Below are positions 47,551-57,662 of a stretch of DNA of 64,000 nucleotides, in pieces. This DNA is from Nannocystales bacterium. GTDB lineage: Bacteria > Myxococcota_A > Polyangia > Nannocystales > Nannocystaceae. The notes beneath the pieces are model-generated. The model searched no databases. It had not been told where the DNA came from and was given only the letters and a program-made list of their open reading frames with translations. The stretch's first letter is position 1; the number at the start of each line of letters is the position of its first letter. Location: positions 224,001 through 288,000 of the forward strand of contig JBOEGF010000008.1 in assembly GCA_050633305.1 (NCBI GenBank). The letters run 5' to 3'. The position numbers were made by a program, and so were the translations under genes.

Positions 47551-48798
47551 CTACCCCGCCGTCAGCATCTTTCGGGCAGCATCCAGCTGCACGTCGCGGC
47601 CGCCCTTGGGTGGCGCGGACACGGCGATATCAGGGACGACTCCTTCGCCCACGGCACGGTCGGACCCCGGCGCGTGGAACCGGCTGATCGACATCTTCAA
47701 GGCCCAGCCGTTCTCCAGCCCGTGAATCGACTCCACGGTGGCCTTGCCCAGGGTCTCTTCCCCGATGACCACGGTCCGCTCGGCGGCCATCAACGCCTCG
47801 ACCACGATCTCCGCTCCAGACGCAGTGTGCGGTCCGACCATCGAGATCGTCTTCATGTCTTGCCACGGCGTGGTGCCTTCGGACCGGCGCACGTCGTCCT
47901 CGGCGTCGCGACGTTCGAGCACGACCACATCCTTTCCCGGTGGCAACAGCAGGGATGCCGTGTCGATCGCCGTATCGAGCAAACCGCCGGGGCAGCTGCG
48001 GAAGTCGAGGACCAACGAGGTCATGCCTTGCTTGGACATCGCCTCGAGATGGGCACGAGCCTCCAGGGCCGTCTGCTTGGCGAACGACGTGATGCGCAAC
48101 AGCCCGACCCCGTCTTCGAGGAGCTCCGCTTTGACCGTCTCGAACCTCACGGCACCGCGTTCCAGCGCCTCGTTCCACTCCTCGGTGTCGCGTTGCACAA
48201 ACAAGGAGACCTCGCTGCCCGCCTCGCCGCGGATGCGATCGACCACCTCCATGAGCGTCATTCCGCGAAGGCGGGTGCCGTCGACGCCCAGAATCCGGTC
48301 CCCGCCCTGCAGTTCGGCCTTCGCAGCGGGACTCCCAGGGATCACTTCGCGAACCACGACAACGTCCGCGACCATTTCGATCGCGACTCCAACCCCGACG
48401 ATGGAGCCCTTCGTTCCCGCTTCGAGTTCCGCAAGTTCACGTGGATCGAGCAGCGCGTTGACCGGGTGTCCGGGCAACTGCACCAGCCGAGAGAGCATGC
48501 CCTCGGTCGCGCCCGACCACAGCACGTCGTCGGGAAGCGGACCCTCCACGTATTTGGACTGCACCAGCGCGCGGACTTGCTCGAAGGCATCCTTCGCGCC
48601 CGGCATCACGCGGGCTTCGCCGACCGTTCCGAGGTGGGGTCCCGGGGTGGCCTTCGCGACGAGCGTGTCGAGTTCACCGTCGACCTCAGCCGAGACCGTG
48701 ACCTCGACGGTGTCGTCCGCAGGCGCAGCGTCGCATCCGACGAGCACGTCACACGCAGCAAAGAGGAACATTCCCAGGGTGAGCAATTCGGTCTTCAT
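47551..48798 (-). CDS. S41 family C-terminal processing protease (CtpA/Prc-like, PDZ)
   Basis: GVGV..GSPA.KA.L..GDRI PDZ, LVLDFRSCPGG, TASGAE, T.GKA. Confidence 0.9.
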   Translation of the reverse strand: MKTELLTLGMFLFAACDVLVGCDAAPADDTVEVTVSAEVDGELDTLVAKATPGPHLGTVGEARVMPGAKDAFEQVRALVQSKYVEGPLPDDVLWSGATEGMLSRLVQLPGHPVNALLDPRELAELEAGTKGSIVGVGVAIEMVADVVVVREVIPGSPAAKAELQGGDRILGVDGTRLRGMTLMEVVDRIRGEAGSEVSLFVQRDTEEWNEALERGAVRFETVKAELLEDGVGLLRITSFAKQTALEARAHLEAMSKQGMTSLVLDFRSCPGGLLDTAIDTASLLLPPGKDVVVLERRDAEDDVRRSEGTTPWQDMKTISMVGPHTASGAEIVVEALMAAERTVVIGEETLGKATVESIHGLENGWALKMSISRFHAPGSDRAVGEGVVPDIAVSAPPKGGRDVQLDAARKMLTAG

Positions 48799-48830
48799 GA
48801 ACGGGGCTTTCGGGCTGTGTGGCGGAACAC

Positions 48831-49262
48831 TTAGGAAACGTTGCGGTCAAAGAGCGGCACGGTCGCGCCGTAGTCGTGAATACGGGCGGGAGCCGGAGGG
48901 CGTGCCACATCGGCCGGTTCGGCATCGACCGAACGCATCGCCAACCAAGCGACGAGCGGCAGCACTGCGGCCAACAGGGCTCTGTACGCTGGAACCGGAC
49001 GACGCAGAAACAGGAGCAGACCGCCAGCGGGCTTCGGCTCGAACTCGGCCTGAACCGCGGCCCGAAGGGCGTCACGAGTCCCTGATGACGGCCGCTCAGC
49101 GTAGGCAGAGCCGATACCCCGCAACTGAGCTTGAAGTCGGCAGTACGCCTGAGCACATCCGCCGCAGGCCCCAAGATGTTCCGCGACCGCGACCGCCTCC
49201 GCGGTACCGAGGGTCTCGTGGTGGTGGTCGGACAGCTTTTCGAGGGCTTCGTCGCAGTTCAT
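48831..49262 (-). CDS. zf-HC2 anti-sigma factor
   Basis: MNC..A...L..HLGACGGC, single TM. Confidence 0.85.
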   Translation of the reverse strand: MNCDEALEKLSDHHHETLGTAEAVAVAEHLGACGGCAQAYCRLQAQLRGIGSAYAERPSSGTRDALRAAVQAEFEPKPAGGLLLFLRRPVPAYRALLAAVLPLVAWLAMRSVDAEPADVARPPAPARIHDYGATVPLFDRNVS

Positions 49263-49795
49263 GGGGTCTCTCCTTTGGCGAGCTGAGCTCGAAACGCAGA
49301 TGTCGCGGTGTGAAGCCGGGACTTGATCGTGCCCTCGGCAACACCGAGCACCGACGCGATTTCGCGGTAGGTCAGTTCGGCGACCTGCTTGAGCAGCAGA
49401 AGCTGGCGTTGGGCGTCGGGCAGCGCGTCCATGGCTTGGCGGACTTGATCCGCTTCGAGGTACGCCGGCTCGGCCGCTTCAACGGGCGGTGGCAACGCTT
49501 CGAGGGCCCGACTCTCCCGGCTCCCCTTACGGTGCTCCATGCGGCACTGATTTCGCGCGACGGTGAACAGCCATGGGGCGAAGCGACCGCGCGACGGATC
49601 GAAGCTGCGATCGCGGAGGACCGTCATGAACACCTCTTGGAAGACGTCCTCGGCGCGCGGCCGGTCAGCGATAAACCGGCGAACGTACGCGAACAGACGG
49701 ACCTCGTAGCGGGCGTAGAGCACGTCGAACGCCTCCATGTCCCCCTCGCGGACGGCGCGCGTGAGCGCTTCGTCGCTGGCCGTCACCGCCGTCAC
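49259..49795 (-). CDS. ECF RNA polymerase sigma factor
   Basis: SDEAL..GD..AF..LY.RY, AEDVFQEVF, F.PWLFTVARN, TYREIA.VLG...GTIKSRLH. Confidence 0.93.
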   Translation of the reverse strand: MTAVTASDEALTRAVREGDMEAFDVLYARYEVRLFAYVRRFIADRPRAEDVFQEVFMTVLRDRSFDPSRGRFAPWLFTVARNQCRMEHRKGSRESRALEALPPPVEAAEPAYLEADQVRQAMDALPDAQRQLLLLKQVAELTYREIASVLGVAEGTIKSRLHTATSAFRAQLAKGETP

Positions 49796-49881
49796 AACCT
49801 GTTCTATGCCGCAGGCCCCGGAACCGTTCGTTCCTAGGGCGGATTTTCTCACCCAGCCCGACTGAGACCCGGGAGGAGGCT

Positions 49882-50610
49882 ATGTTCCGGCCCATGGCCG
49901 TGCGCACCCTGCCCGCCTTCCTGCTCCTCGCGTCAATCACGCCGGGATGTGGGCGGGCACGCGACTGCACCAAGCTCGCCGACGTCGCCAACCAGCGGGG
50001 GGCTGAGATCGCGCAGATCGAAGCACGACAGAGCACGACTCCCGATACCCTCGCCACCGACATGGAGACCCTGAGTGAGGTCGCCGCGCACGTCGTCGAA
50101 GACGTCAGCACGCTCGAGCTCGACGACGAAGCCCTCCAAGACCAGGCTCGAGCCTACACAGCCACGGCCAAGGATCTCTCCGACGCGTCTCACTCCTACT
50201 CTGCGCTCATGAAGACGCTCTCCAAAGAACGCGCGCAGGCAGACAACGTCGAGTCCGCCTTCGAGAAGAGCGGACAAGGGCTCCTGGATGCGTGCGCCTC
50301 CGCCTCGGCCGCATGCAACGCGGTGGGGGATGTCCTGCGCGAACAGCCCAAGAACCCCGAGCCGAGCAAGCTGGCCAAGGTGCTGAGCGACTACGTCGCG
50401 GGTCTTGAAGCGCTCGAACTGCACGAAGGCCCAGTCTCCAAAGCAGTCGCCGTCCGTGTCGCGACCACCAAGGCGTACCAAGCGTTCCTCACCCGACAGG
50501 CGACCCTAAACGCCGACATCGAGGCCGCGCGGGGCCGTATCCACACGGCCGTCGACAAGCAGAACACCCTCATCGAGCAGCTCAACGTCTTGTGCGTGGG
50601 CAAGGACTGA
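49882..50610 (+). CDS. helical lipoprotein, unknown function
   Basis: GGAGG RBS, TPGC lipobox-like, coiled-coil pattern. Confidence 0.72.
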   Translation: MFRPMAVRTLPAFLLLASITPGCGRARDCTKLADVANQRGAEIAQIEARQSTTPDTLATDMETLSEVAAHVVEDVSTLELDDEALQDQARAYTATAKDLSDASHSYSALMKTLSKERAQADNVESAFEKSGQGLLDACASASAACNAVGDVLREQPKNPEPSKLAKVLSDYVAGLEALELHEGPVSKAVAVRVATTKAYQAFLTRQATLNADIEAARGRIHTAVDKQNTLIEQLNVLCVGKD

Positions 50611-50726
50611 GCGCGATCCCACGATGGGAGCACGCTTCGGGACACCTGCCCCATAGGGCGTCCTACACCCGCCTGTAGGTGTTCAGGGGCCGCGCTCCGG
50701 CCCAAACCACGTTAAGCTATCCGTTC

Positions 50727-52148
50727 GTGCCCGATCGCCCTCAGGTTCGCTTTGGAGACGGGACGCCTTGCAGCTTCGCCCCGACGATCCTCGAAGAGCT
50801 CGGCAGTCTGATCGTCTACGCCGGCCAAGCCGGTCGTGGCTACGGGGACGACCAAAGTCTCCGCCGTCGCGAGCTCGAAGCCGAGGAAAAAGCCACGGCG
50901 ATCCGGGCCGACCTTCAGCGCATGTTGCGTGAAGGGGAGACTTCTCTGGTCGCCGCCGCCGTGCCGTCCTCCTGGCCCGAGGTCAGGGAGCACGCCCGGA
51001 AGGCCGGTGGCGAGCTGCGAACCCTGGTCGAGCGGTGGCAAGAGCAGGCATCCGCGACCTGCGAGCGGACTCGCCGCAGCCTGCATCAATACCAACGGGA
51101 CATCGCGGCCTCGATGAAGGCCGATCTGTTCACCTACCTCCGCCACGCGCTGGAGGCCGCACGGGACTCTGTCACCGTCGTCCGCCGCCTTGGACCCACC
51201 CAGTATGTCGACTCGATCCGGTACGAGGCCGCAACCGGGCTGCATGTCGAGCTCAGCGTCGACGCGGCACACTGCCCGGTCCCACAACGCCTGCGCACGT
51301 TGCTCAAGAAGGTGGTCCTGCAGGCCGGAATCCGGAAGACCCTGTTCGGAGGCGAAAAGCCTCGGATGCTGCGGCTGGACGCGTACTACGTCGTCGAAGC
51401 CGTTCTCAACCCCACGGCCGTCGACCTTCGGCTCGCGCCTCGGCTCAACGCGAGTGACGACGAGCTGTTGTTGCTCCGCCTCCGCCCCGAAGCCGACACC
51501 ATCCGAGGGCGCCTCTCGATGGGCGGCGCCCGACATGAAGAGGCCCTCGGACCCGAAGCCCTGTCCCAACTGTGGGATGTCCTTCAGCGAACGCGGCTGG
51601 AGATGACCCGGAGACCTTCCAGCGTCTCTTCGGCCGAGCTCGATGGGCGGCCCACGAACGATGCCAAAGACTGCTTTCAGGCGGCCGAGCGGCTCATCGA
51701 CCGGTCACGTCCGATCGTGCGGAAGCTGATGAAGCACACCCCCGGCTCCGACGAGCTCTGTCTTCTGGTCGCCAACGAGTCGGGGCCGGACGACGAGCTG
51801 TGGGTTCGGACAGCCGACCTTACCCAGCACTTGCTGACGATCCCCGCCCCGGTCCGACCCCGCCTGTCCCCGCTGGAGTTGCTCGGGCCCGCAGAGGTCA
51901 CGCGCGAGTCCGACATCATCAACCTCGGACGGGTGCTCACGCCCGACGCCGGCGATCACTCCGACGTCATTTCGCTGCACTACATCCCGCCCGAACAGCA
52001 CGCAAGGGTCACCGAAGCGGGCGCGCCCAATCCGGTCCAAGAACTCGAGAGCAGCGACATCTCGGTCGTCGGGCTCGAAGGCGAGTCCGAGGAGAACTCC
52101 GGCTGCTACGATCTCTCGAAGCTCGAACGCACCGTTCAGTCGGGCTGA
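50727..52148 (+). CDS. hypothetical cytoplasmic protein
   Basis: Long ORF with coding-like codon use; no family recognised. Confidence 0.7.
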   Translation: MPDRPQVRFGDGTPCSFAPTILEELGSLIVYAGQAGRGYGDDQSLRRRELEAEEKATAIRADLQRMLREGETSLVAAAVPSSWPEVREHARKAGGELRTLVERWQEQASATCERTRRSLHQYQRDIAASMKADLFTYLRHALEAARDSVTVVRRLGPTQYVDSIRYEAATGLHVELSVDAAHCPVPQRLRTLLKKVVLQAGIRKTLFGGEKPRMLRLDAYYVVEAVLNPTAVDLRLAPRLNASDDELLLLRLRPEADTIRGRLSMGGARHEEALGPEALSQLWDVLQRTRLEMTRRPSSVSSAELDGRPTNDAKDCFQAAERLIDRSRPIVRKLMKHTPGSDELCLLVANESGPDDELWVRTADLTQHLLTIPAPVRPRLSPLELLGPAEVTRESDIINLGRVLTPDAGDHSDVISLHYIPPEQHARVTEAGAPNPVQELESSDISVVGLEGESEENSGCYDLSKLERTVQSG

Positions 52149-53344
52149 GGCCCGCGGGTCTGCTTGGCCAACTCGAAGGCCGCGGCGACGGCTGCTTGCT
52201 GCGCCCGGTCGCCGCCAGCATTGACCGCCACCAACACAGCGGCACCCAGAGAAGGCATCACGACGATGGTGGCGTAGTTCACCGTGTTGCTGCCATCGTG
52301 GGCGAGCACCGGGATCCCAAACGCTTCGAGCTCCGGCACGGCCCAGCCCAGCGCATAGCCGCCTTGCCCATCGGACTTGGGTACCGCCGAGGTGAGGTGG
52401 TCGACCGAGTCGGCGCTCACGAATGACGCATCGTCGAAGAACACCGCCGCGAACCGACCCCAGTCCGCCAGCGAGCAGTGGACCGTGCCCGCCGGGCCGA
52501 GGAACGGCGGATTGTCGATTTCGACCGGCACGAACTTGTCTTTCATGTCGGCATGGGCCCACGGCTGGTCACGGTCCTCGCCGGTCGCGGTCGGACCGAA
52601 TCCGCACGACTTCATGCCCAAGGGCTCGAACACCTGGGCGGTGAGCTCGGCCTCCCACGACCGACCGACGGCCCGCTCGACCGCGGCGCCCACGATGACG
52701 TAGCCGAAGTTCGAGTACTCGAAGTGACTTCCCGGCGTGCTTCGAGGAGCCATCGCCAAGGCCTCCGACGTGACAAGCGCGCGACGCTCGACAACCGTGA
52801 GCGGCTCCAGCCGCTGCATGATGCCGGGCGAGAGATCGGTCATTGCTGTGCTGACCCCACTTCGGTGCCGCATCAACTGCGTGAGCGTGACATCCCGGAA
52901 GTCCTCGTGCATCGCGTTGCCCCCGAAGGCCTCAGCCATCGTCATGTCCCACCGGAGCACCCCCGATTCGACCAGACGTGCGACCAGCAACGCGGTCATG
53001 GCCTTGGTGTCCGAACCCAGGTGGAAGAGGTCGTCCGTGGTGAGTTCGGCCGGCTCGTCGGCGCGCCGCGTGCCCGAAGCACCGATCGCCAGGACCCCTC
53101 GTCGGTCGATCACCGCCGCCGCGATCCCCGGAACCGAGGTCTTTGCGCGGACGTCGTCGAGCAGGACGTCCAGGTTCTCGGGCGTCCGCGCCTCCGACTC
53201 CCGCTCCTTGATGTTGATATCGATATCCGCAGCGACGACCGAGGGTCCCTGCGGTTCGGACGGGCCTGGGGCATTCGTGGTGCGAGCAGGCTTGCACCCG
53301 GCGGTGAGGGCGAGCGCGGACAGCAAGAGGCAGACGCGAGTCAC
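52136..53344 (-). CDS. serine hydrolase (class C beta-lactamase-like) lipoprotein
   Basis: TAGC lipobox, FHLGSDTKAMT (SxxK), LMRHRSG, YSNFGY, PLGM, HDGSN. Confidence 0.9.
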   Translation of the reverse strand: MTRVCLLLSALALTAGCKPARTTNAPGPSEPQGPSVVAADIDINIKERESEARTPENLDVLLDDVRAKTSVPGIAAAVIDRRGVLAIGASGTRRADEPAELTTDDLFHLGSDTKAMTALLVARLVESGVLRWDMTMAEAFGGNAMHEDFRDVTLTQLMRHRSGVSTAMTDLSPGIMQRLEPLTVVERRALVTSEALAMAPRSTPGSHFEYSNFGYVIVGAAVERAVGRSWEAELTAQVFEPLGMKSCGFGPTATGEDRDQPWAHADMKDKFVPVEIDNPPFLGPAGTVHCSLADWGRFAAVFFDDASFVSADSVDHLTSAVPKSDGQGGYALGWAVPELEAFGIPVLAHDGSNTVNYATIVVMPSLGAAVLVAVNAGGDRAQQAAVAAAFELAKQTRGPQPD

Positions 53345-54624
53345 AGCGACGATGGTACCCGCACCAGGGTGTCCCAGCCGAGTTCCACGCCATCGGCCGA
53401 TGTGTGGGCACCGTCTCCGGGCTGCCGAAACCACACCCGCAGCGCTCGTGTCCGCGGCTGGATCAGCAGCGTATGCACCACTTCGGAGAGTCGAACTTCC
53501 CGAGCCAGGGCCCACAGGGCATCGGCATCCCAGCGGTGTCCGCGTTTTCGGCTCGTCCGTTCGATGGTGTCGTAGCGGCGGCAGGACTGCGGGCCATCCT
53601 TGCCACGGAGATGGTTCGTCGCCGCGAGGACGTTGTCCGCTCCCGCGAGCCCGGGCTTTCGCACGTGGACCCCGTCGGACTCGACCTCGAGCACCCGAGC
53701 CGGTTCTTCACCATCCGGTTCCACCACGTGAAGGATGAAGCTGCCCGCGTGGGTCGCGGCTCGCAGGCCAAACTCGATGTCGTCCGCCCGGGATGCCCCA
53801 TCCCCGTCCACGTCTCGGCGTTCCAGCAGATCGCGCAACATCAGGTTGGCAGGCGAGAACCCTACGGCAGCCTGGGCCAAACTCGCAGATCCGTCGCCGT
53901 AGCCCATGTTGAACAGTGTCGTCACACCCGCCTCGTTGAGGCAGGACAAGCAGCCGAGATACCCCGCGAAGGACACCGAGACCACTGGCTGGCGTTGGGG
54001 ATCGCTGGGTTGATAGACCACGACCAGCTGGTTGCGAAGCAACGCCGGCTCGTCATCCCAGTCGAGGTTCCGCACGACCATTGGATCGCCTCCCGTCGCG
54101 TCTGAGGTGGCGGCCCCCCACGCCGAGAGCGACGAGCAACCGATCGCCACGAGGTCGGTCATTGCCCCCATGACCAGAAGGTCGGTCGCCCGGATCTCGC
54201 GGTCGAGGCGTTCGATCCAGGCCGAGCCCGCTTCTCGCATCCCCTCCACCACGCCTTGGGCCTCTTCCCGCAGGTTGGGGGCAATGTCCGCGACCGTCGC
54301 GTAGAGCGTGGACGCGGCTTCGAGTTGGCTTGGCGTGATCACGTCGAGCGCATAGCCGTCCAGGACGTCGACGATCTCATCGTGCAGAAGCAGCCCCTGG
54401 GCGTGGCCCATCTGACGGGGCGTACCCCACACCCGGAGCACACGCTGGCCCTGCACCATCTCGAGGGTTCCGTGGGCCCTGGAGCCACGGGTCCGCGGTG
54501 TGTCGGAGACGGATGTCGACGCGGGCCCGACATCCACCGACGCAGCGCTCGCCCGAGGCGGCGCAGGCTCGGCGCGACACGCCCCGGCCCCGACGAGGCC
54601 GAGCCACAGTCCCCAACGACGCAT
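53341..54624 (-). CDS. C45 family Ntn-hydrolase (autoproteolytic acyltransferase/amidase)
   Basis: WGTPRQMG.AQG.L, G-CSS..AWG, VRNLDW, LNEAG, ATNH. Confidence 0.85.
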   Translation of the reverse strand: MRRWGLWLGLVGAGACRAEPAPPRASAASVDVGPASTSVSDTPRTRGSRAHGTLEMVQGQRVLRVWGTPRQMGHAQGLLLHDEIVDVLDGYALDVITPSQLEAASTLYATVADIAPNLREEAQGVVEGMREAGSAWIERLDREIRATDLLVMGAMTDLVAIGCSSLSAWGAATSDATGGDPMVVRNLDWDDEPALLRNQLVVVYQPSDPQRQPVVSVSFAGYLGCLSCLNEAGVTTLFNMGYGDGSASLAQAAVGFSPANLMLRDLLERRDVDGDGASRADDIEFGLRAATHAGSFILHVVEPDGEEPARVLEVESDGVHVRKPGLAGADNVLAATNHLRGKDGPQSCRRYDTIERTSRKRGHRWDADALWALAREVRLSEVVHTLLIQPRTRALRVWFRQPGDGAHTSADGVELGWDTLVRVPSSL

Positions 54625-55670
54625 CAACCGTCGCAAAAGGAAGGCACCCAGCTGGGAAGTCCGGACTCGAAGGGCGAGGGCTCGGTACCGAAGGGGTGCG
54701 CGAGCATGAAGTCCCAAGCGAACTCCCGTTCGCTCAGATAGGAATGGCCCTGCCCGTGGTTGCACATCAACGAGTAGCCGCCGCGAGCGTCGATCGATTG
54801 CTCGAACAGCTCGCTGGACATCTGAAACCCGAGCCCGCCGGCCACGTCCGACGCCCCACCGTGGAAGATCATCGCCGAGATGACTTGATCGGGAGCGTCA
54901 CTGGGCGTTCCGGTGGAATAGACGCCGCCCGAGATCGGGACCGTCGAGGCGATGTAGGACGCTCGCCGGAGCGCAGCTTGGGAGGTGTGCAGCCCTCCCG
55001 CGCTGAACCCTGCGGCGTGAATGCGGCGCGCGTCGATTCCAGGGCCCGCCGCGGCACAGCCTACGATTTCGTCCATCAGGTGCAGATCGTCCTCACGGTC
55101 TCCCAACACCAGGAACCATGGGAACTGTCCCGCTGCAGGATCCGCGTACGGAATGACGAGCATGCCGCCCATGCTGGTGATCGCGGCGATGTCATCCTCG
55201 GGAAGCGCATCGTCGGAGTTCCCCGCACTCCCACCGGTGCCGTGAAACCAGAACACGAGTGGGCCCCCGCCCCCCGCGGACGGCTCGAAGAAGACGCGGG
55301 CGCGCCGTGGCCCGGTCTCCCCCGGGGCGAAGTCGAGATCACCGGAAGCGAACTCAGGGCATGCCCCGTCTGCAGTCGGAAGCGCGGGCGCGGGACCCTC
55401 CCCGCCGGTCGTAGGATCTCCGCTTGGGTCGTCCCCGGTCTCGTCCGTGCTCGGGTCGGAGTCAGACGCAGAGTCGGTGTCAGCCGTCGTCGTGCTGCCG
55501 TCGCTGTCGTCGTCGTCAGGGGCGGTCGGGGACGTGTCGGATCCCGGGCTCGACGAACTCGGTGTTGCTCCGTCCGTGTCCGTATCGGTGTCGGCGCCGC
55601 CGCCATCCGAGCCGCATGCGAGCACCCAACACGAGAGACTCACTCCGAGAATCGACCGCCACAACTTCAT
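54624..55670 (-). CDS. esterase/PHB-depolymerase-like alpha/beta hydrolase lipoprotein
   Basis: VLAC lipobox, PLVFWFHGTG, IDARRI..AGFSAGG, HGG.SD, HGQGH. Confidence 0.85.
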   Translation of the reverse strand: MKLWRSILGVSLSCWVLACGSDGGGADTDTDTDGATPSSSSPGSDTSPTAPDDDDSDGSTTTADTDSASDSDPSTDETGDDPSGDPTTGGEGPAPALPTADGACPEFASGDLDFAPGETGPRRARVFFEPSAGGGGPLVFWFHGTGGSAGNSDDALPEDDIAAITSMGGMLVIPYADPAAGQFPWFLVLGDREDDLHLMDEIVGCAAAGPGIDARRIHAAGFSAGGLHTSQAALRRASYIASTVPISGGVYSTGTPSDAPDQVISAMIFHGGASDVAGGLGFQMSSELFEQSIDARGGYSLMCNHGQGHSYLSEREFAWDFMLAHPFGTEPSPFESGLPSWVPSFCDG

Positions 55671-55705
55671 GCCTGCAGCGTCGCATGAAGCACCGACTGC
55701 GCCAA

Positions 55706-56635
55706 TCAGCGAGCGCCGCCCCAGGCCGACACGGCGGTCAGAACCGCGGCCATCCAGACGGTTTGCGCCATCAGCAGGTGCGCAATCTGCATGAACCCCG
55801 GCGCGGCGAGTCCGATCGTCAAGATCCCCACGACGACCTGCGCAACGACGGCGTGCTGCAGTCCCCGGGCAAATCGAGGGGTCAGCGGATCGCGAGCGTA
55901 CTCGCGGGCCCAAGCCCCCACGCCATAGAGCACACCCGCTGCGACCACGGCGACCACGGGATGCACGATTCGCAGCCGCACGAGGAAGTGGTTGGCCGAG
56001 GACAGTTCATCTCGGACATGGGACAGCATCGCCTCCGCACCGGGAGCGACCGGGAACAGGGTGTCCCCAAGCGCAGTGACGGCCCCGGTCATGCTCGTGA
56101 CCAGCAACGCCAACAGTCCAGCCAGCAGCAGCCATGATCCGCGGCCCAACGCGGTGAACCCCAGCTTGCGATCGTCGTAGCTCCACCACACGGTGAGGAT
56201 CGCCGAACCGGTGAGGATCAGCGTGTTCACCAGGTGCAGGGAGATGATCACCGCCCTCGCGACGGAGTCATCGTTGGCGACCAACTCCTTGAGCACAAGT
56301 CCGGCGCCGATGAGCGCCTCGAGCACGACGAACACCATCGTCACCACAGCGGTCACGGTCACGCGGCTCCGGCCGAATCGGCGTGCCGACCACACGACCA
56401 GCACGATCATCATCGGGCCGAGCAGCCCACTGGTCACCCGGTGTGTGAACTCGATGATCGTCTCGATGCCGGGCGACACCGGCACGATCTCTCCGTTGCA
56501 GGTGGGCCAGTGGGACCCACACCCGGCGCCACTGAACGAGATACGGACCCAAGCACCGAACAGGATCACAAACAGCAAGTACGCAACGATGACGGTTGCG
56601 TATCGGCGAAAGCCGCGGTTTGCCCCAGCGTCCAT
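55706..56635 (-). CDS. ctaA: heme A synthase (COX15/CtaA family)
   Basis: GAWVR...SGAGCG..WPTCNG, IEFTHR, LH, RIVHP, AHL; about 8 TM. Confidence 0.88.
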   Translation of the reverse strand: MDAGANRGFRRYATVIVAYLLFVILFGAWVRISFSGAGCGSHWPTCNGEIVPVSPGIETIIEFTHRVTSGLLGPMMIVLVVWSARRFGRSRVTVTAVVTMVFVVLEALIGAGLVLKELVANDDSVARAVIISLHLVNTLILTGSAILTVWWSYDDRKLGFTALGRGSWLLLAGLLALLVTSMTGAVTALGDTLFPVAPGAEAMLSHVRDELSSANHFLVRLRIVHPVVAVVAAGVLYGVGAWAREYARDPLTPRFARGLQHAVVAQVVVGILTIGLAAPGFMQIAHLLMAQTVWMAAVLTAVSAWGGAR

Positions 56636-56810
56636 ATCGGCCGGAACCTACCACGGTCGCAAGTCTGCGCAACGAGGAGCCGCACGACTGCGAAACGATG
56701 TCGGGCTACCGGACGCCGCCGGGTTCAGTTCCGACCGTAGAGGCCGAAGGCGACGGAGCCGTGCCCCGGTGCGGTACACCGGGTCACGCCGCTCGCATCG
56801 CCGCCGGAGA

Positions 56811-57632
56811 TCAGTACTGGTACTCGAGCGTGAACTGGGTGCAGTCCGCGAGTCCTTGATCGAACCGAATCCACACCTGCGCTTCGTCGTCGAGGACGTT
56901 GAGGCAGTTCAGCTCGATCTCGAAGCTGTCATCTCCGCAACATCCAGGGCGGCCGCCGGGCGACTCGGCGACAGCGGTCCCTTCGGGACAGGTCACCTCG
57001 GTGGCGAACAAGTCGTTCGCACATTCGACGAACTTGCACATGCGCAGAGCCCCGGCGGTTGTGAGCTCTCGCGCGGGCGCGACAGAACCCAGCAGGTTGT
57101 CCTCGCCGATGTAGGTGAACCAGTCCACCTCATCCCCTTCGAGCACTCCAGTGATGGTCACAGGGTCGTCGCCGTCCCCAAGCGTCCCAAGATCGGCGGC
57201 CTCGGCCTCGGTGTTGTTGTCTTCGTAAATATCGATGCCGCACTCGACGTCTTGGACACAGACGTCGCCGACACACATGAGACCCCCACCGCACTCGCCT
57301 TCGTCGCAGTCACAGCCCAGCGTTCCCGCTGTGCACCCGCTGGTCGTGGGATCGGTCGGGTCGCCGGAGGAGCTGCTCTCCGCATCCGTGGGATCCATGG
57401 TCGTCGGTGTGGGCGTGGTTGTCGGGTCCGAGGTCGGGGTCCCCGACGGGTCGGTTGTCGTGGTGACGCCGGTCGTGGTGGCCGATGTGGCACCCTCCGT
57501 ATCCGGGCCGGGGTCGTCATCGTCGTCGTCACTCACCCCGCCGCTCTCCCCGCCGGAGACCGGATCTGGGTCATCACAGGCGCCAATCGCGAGGGCGGCC
57601 ACGAAGCAAAATAAGCCAGAGGGAATCCGCAT
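56811..57632 (-). CDS. lipoprotein with Cys-rich and PPC-like domains
   Basis: IGAC lipobox, T/S linker, GTLGCDC, D.YE.NNT...A, DEVDWF. Confidence 0.75.
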   Translation of the reverse strand: MRIPSGLFCFVAALAIGACDDPDPVSGGESGGVSDDDDDDPGPDTEGATSATTTGVTTTTDPSGTPTSDPTTTPTPTTMDPTDAESSSSGDPTDPTTSGCTAGTLGCDCDEGECGGGLMCVGDVCVQDVECGIDIYEDNNTEAEAADLGTLGDGDDPVTITGVLEGDEVDWFTYIGEDNLLGSVAPARELTTAGALRMCKFVECANDLFATEVTCPEGTAVAESPGGRPGCCGDDSFEIELNCLNVLDDEAQVWIRFDQGLADCTQFTLEYQY

Positions 57633-57662
57633 CCCCTGTACGGTAGACTATCGGTACGTTTC

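Noticed and set aside
56636..56810. Possible riboswitch upstream of ctaA
   Set aside because: Only a GC hairpin (about 56764-56786) consistent with a terminator; no aptamer consensus recognised
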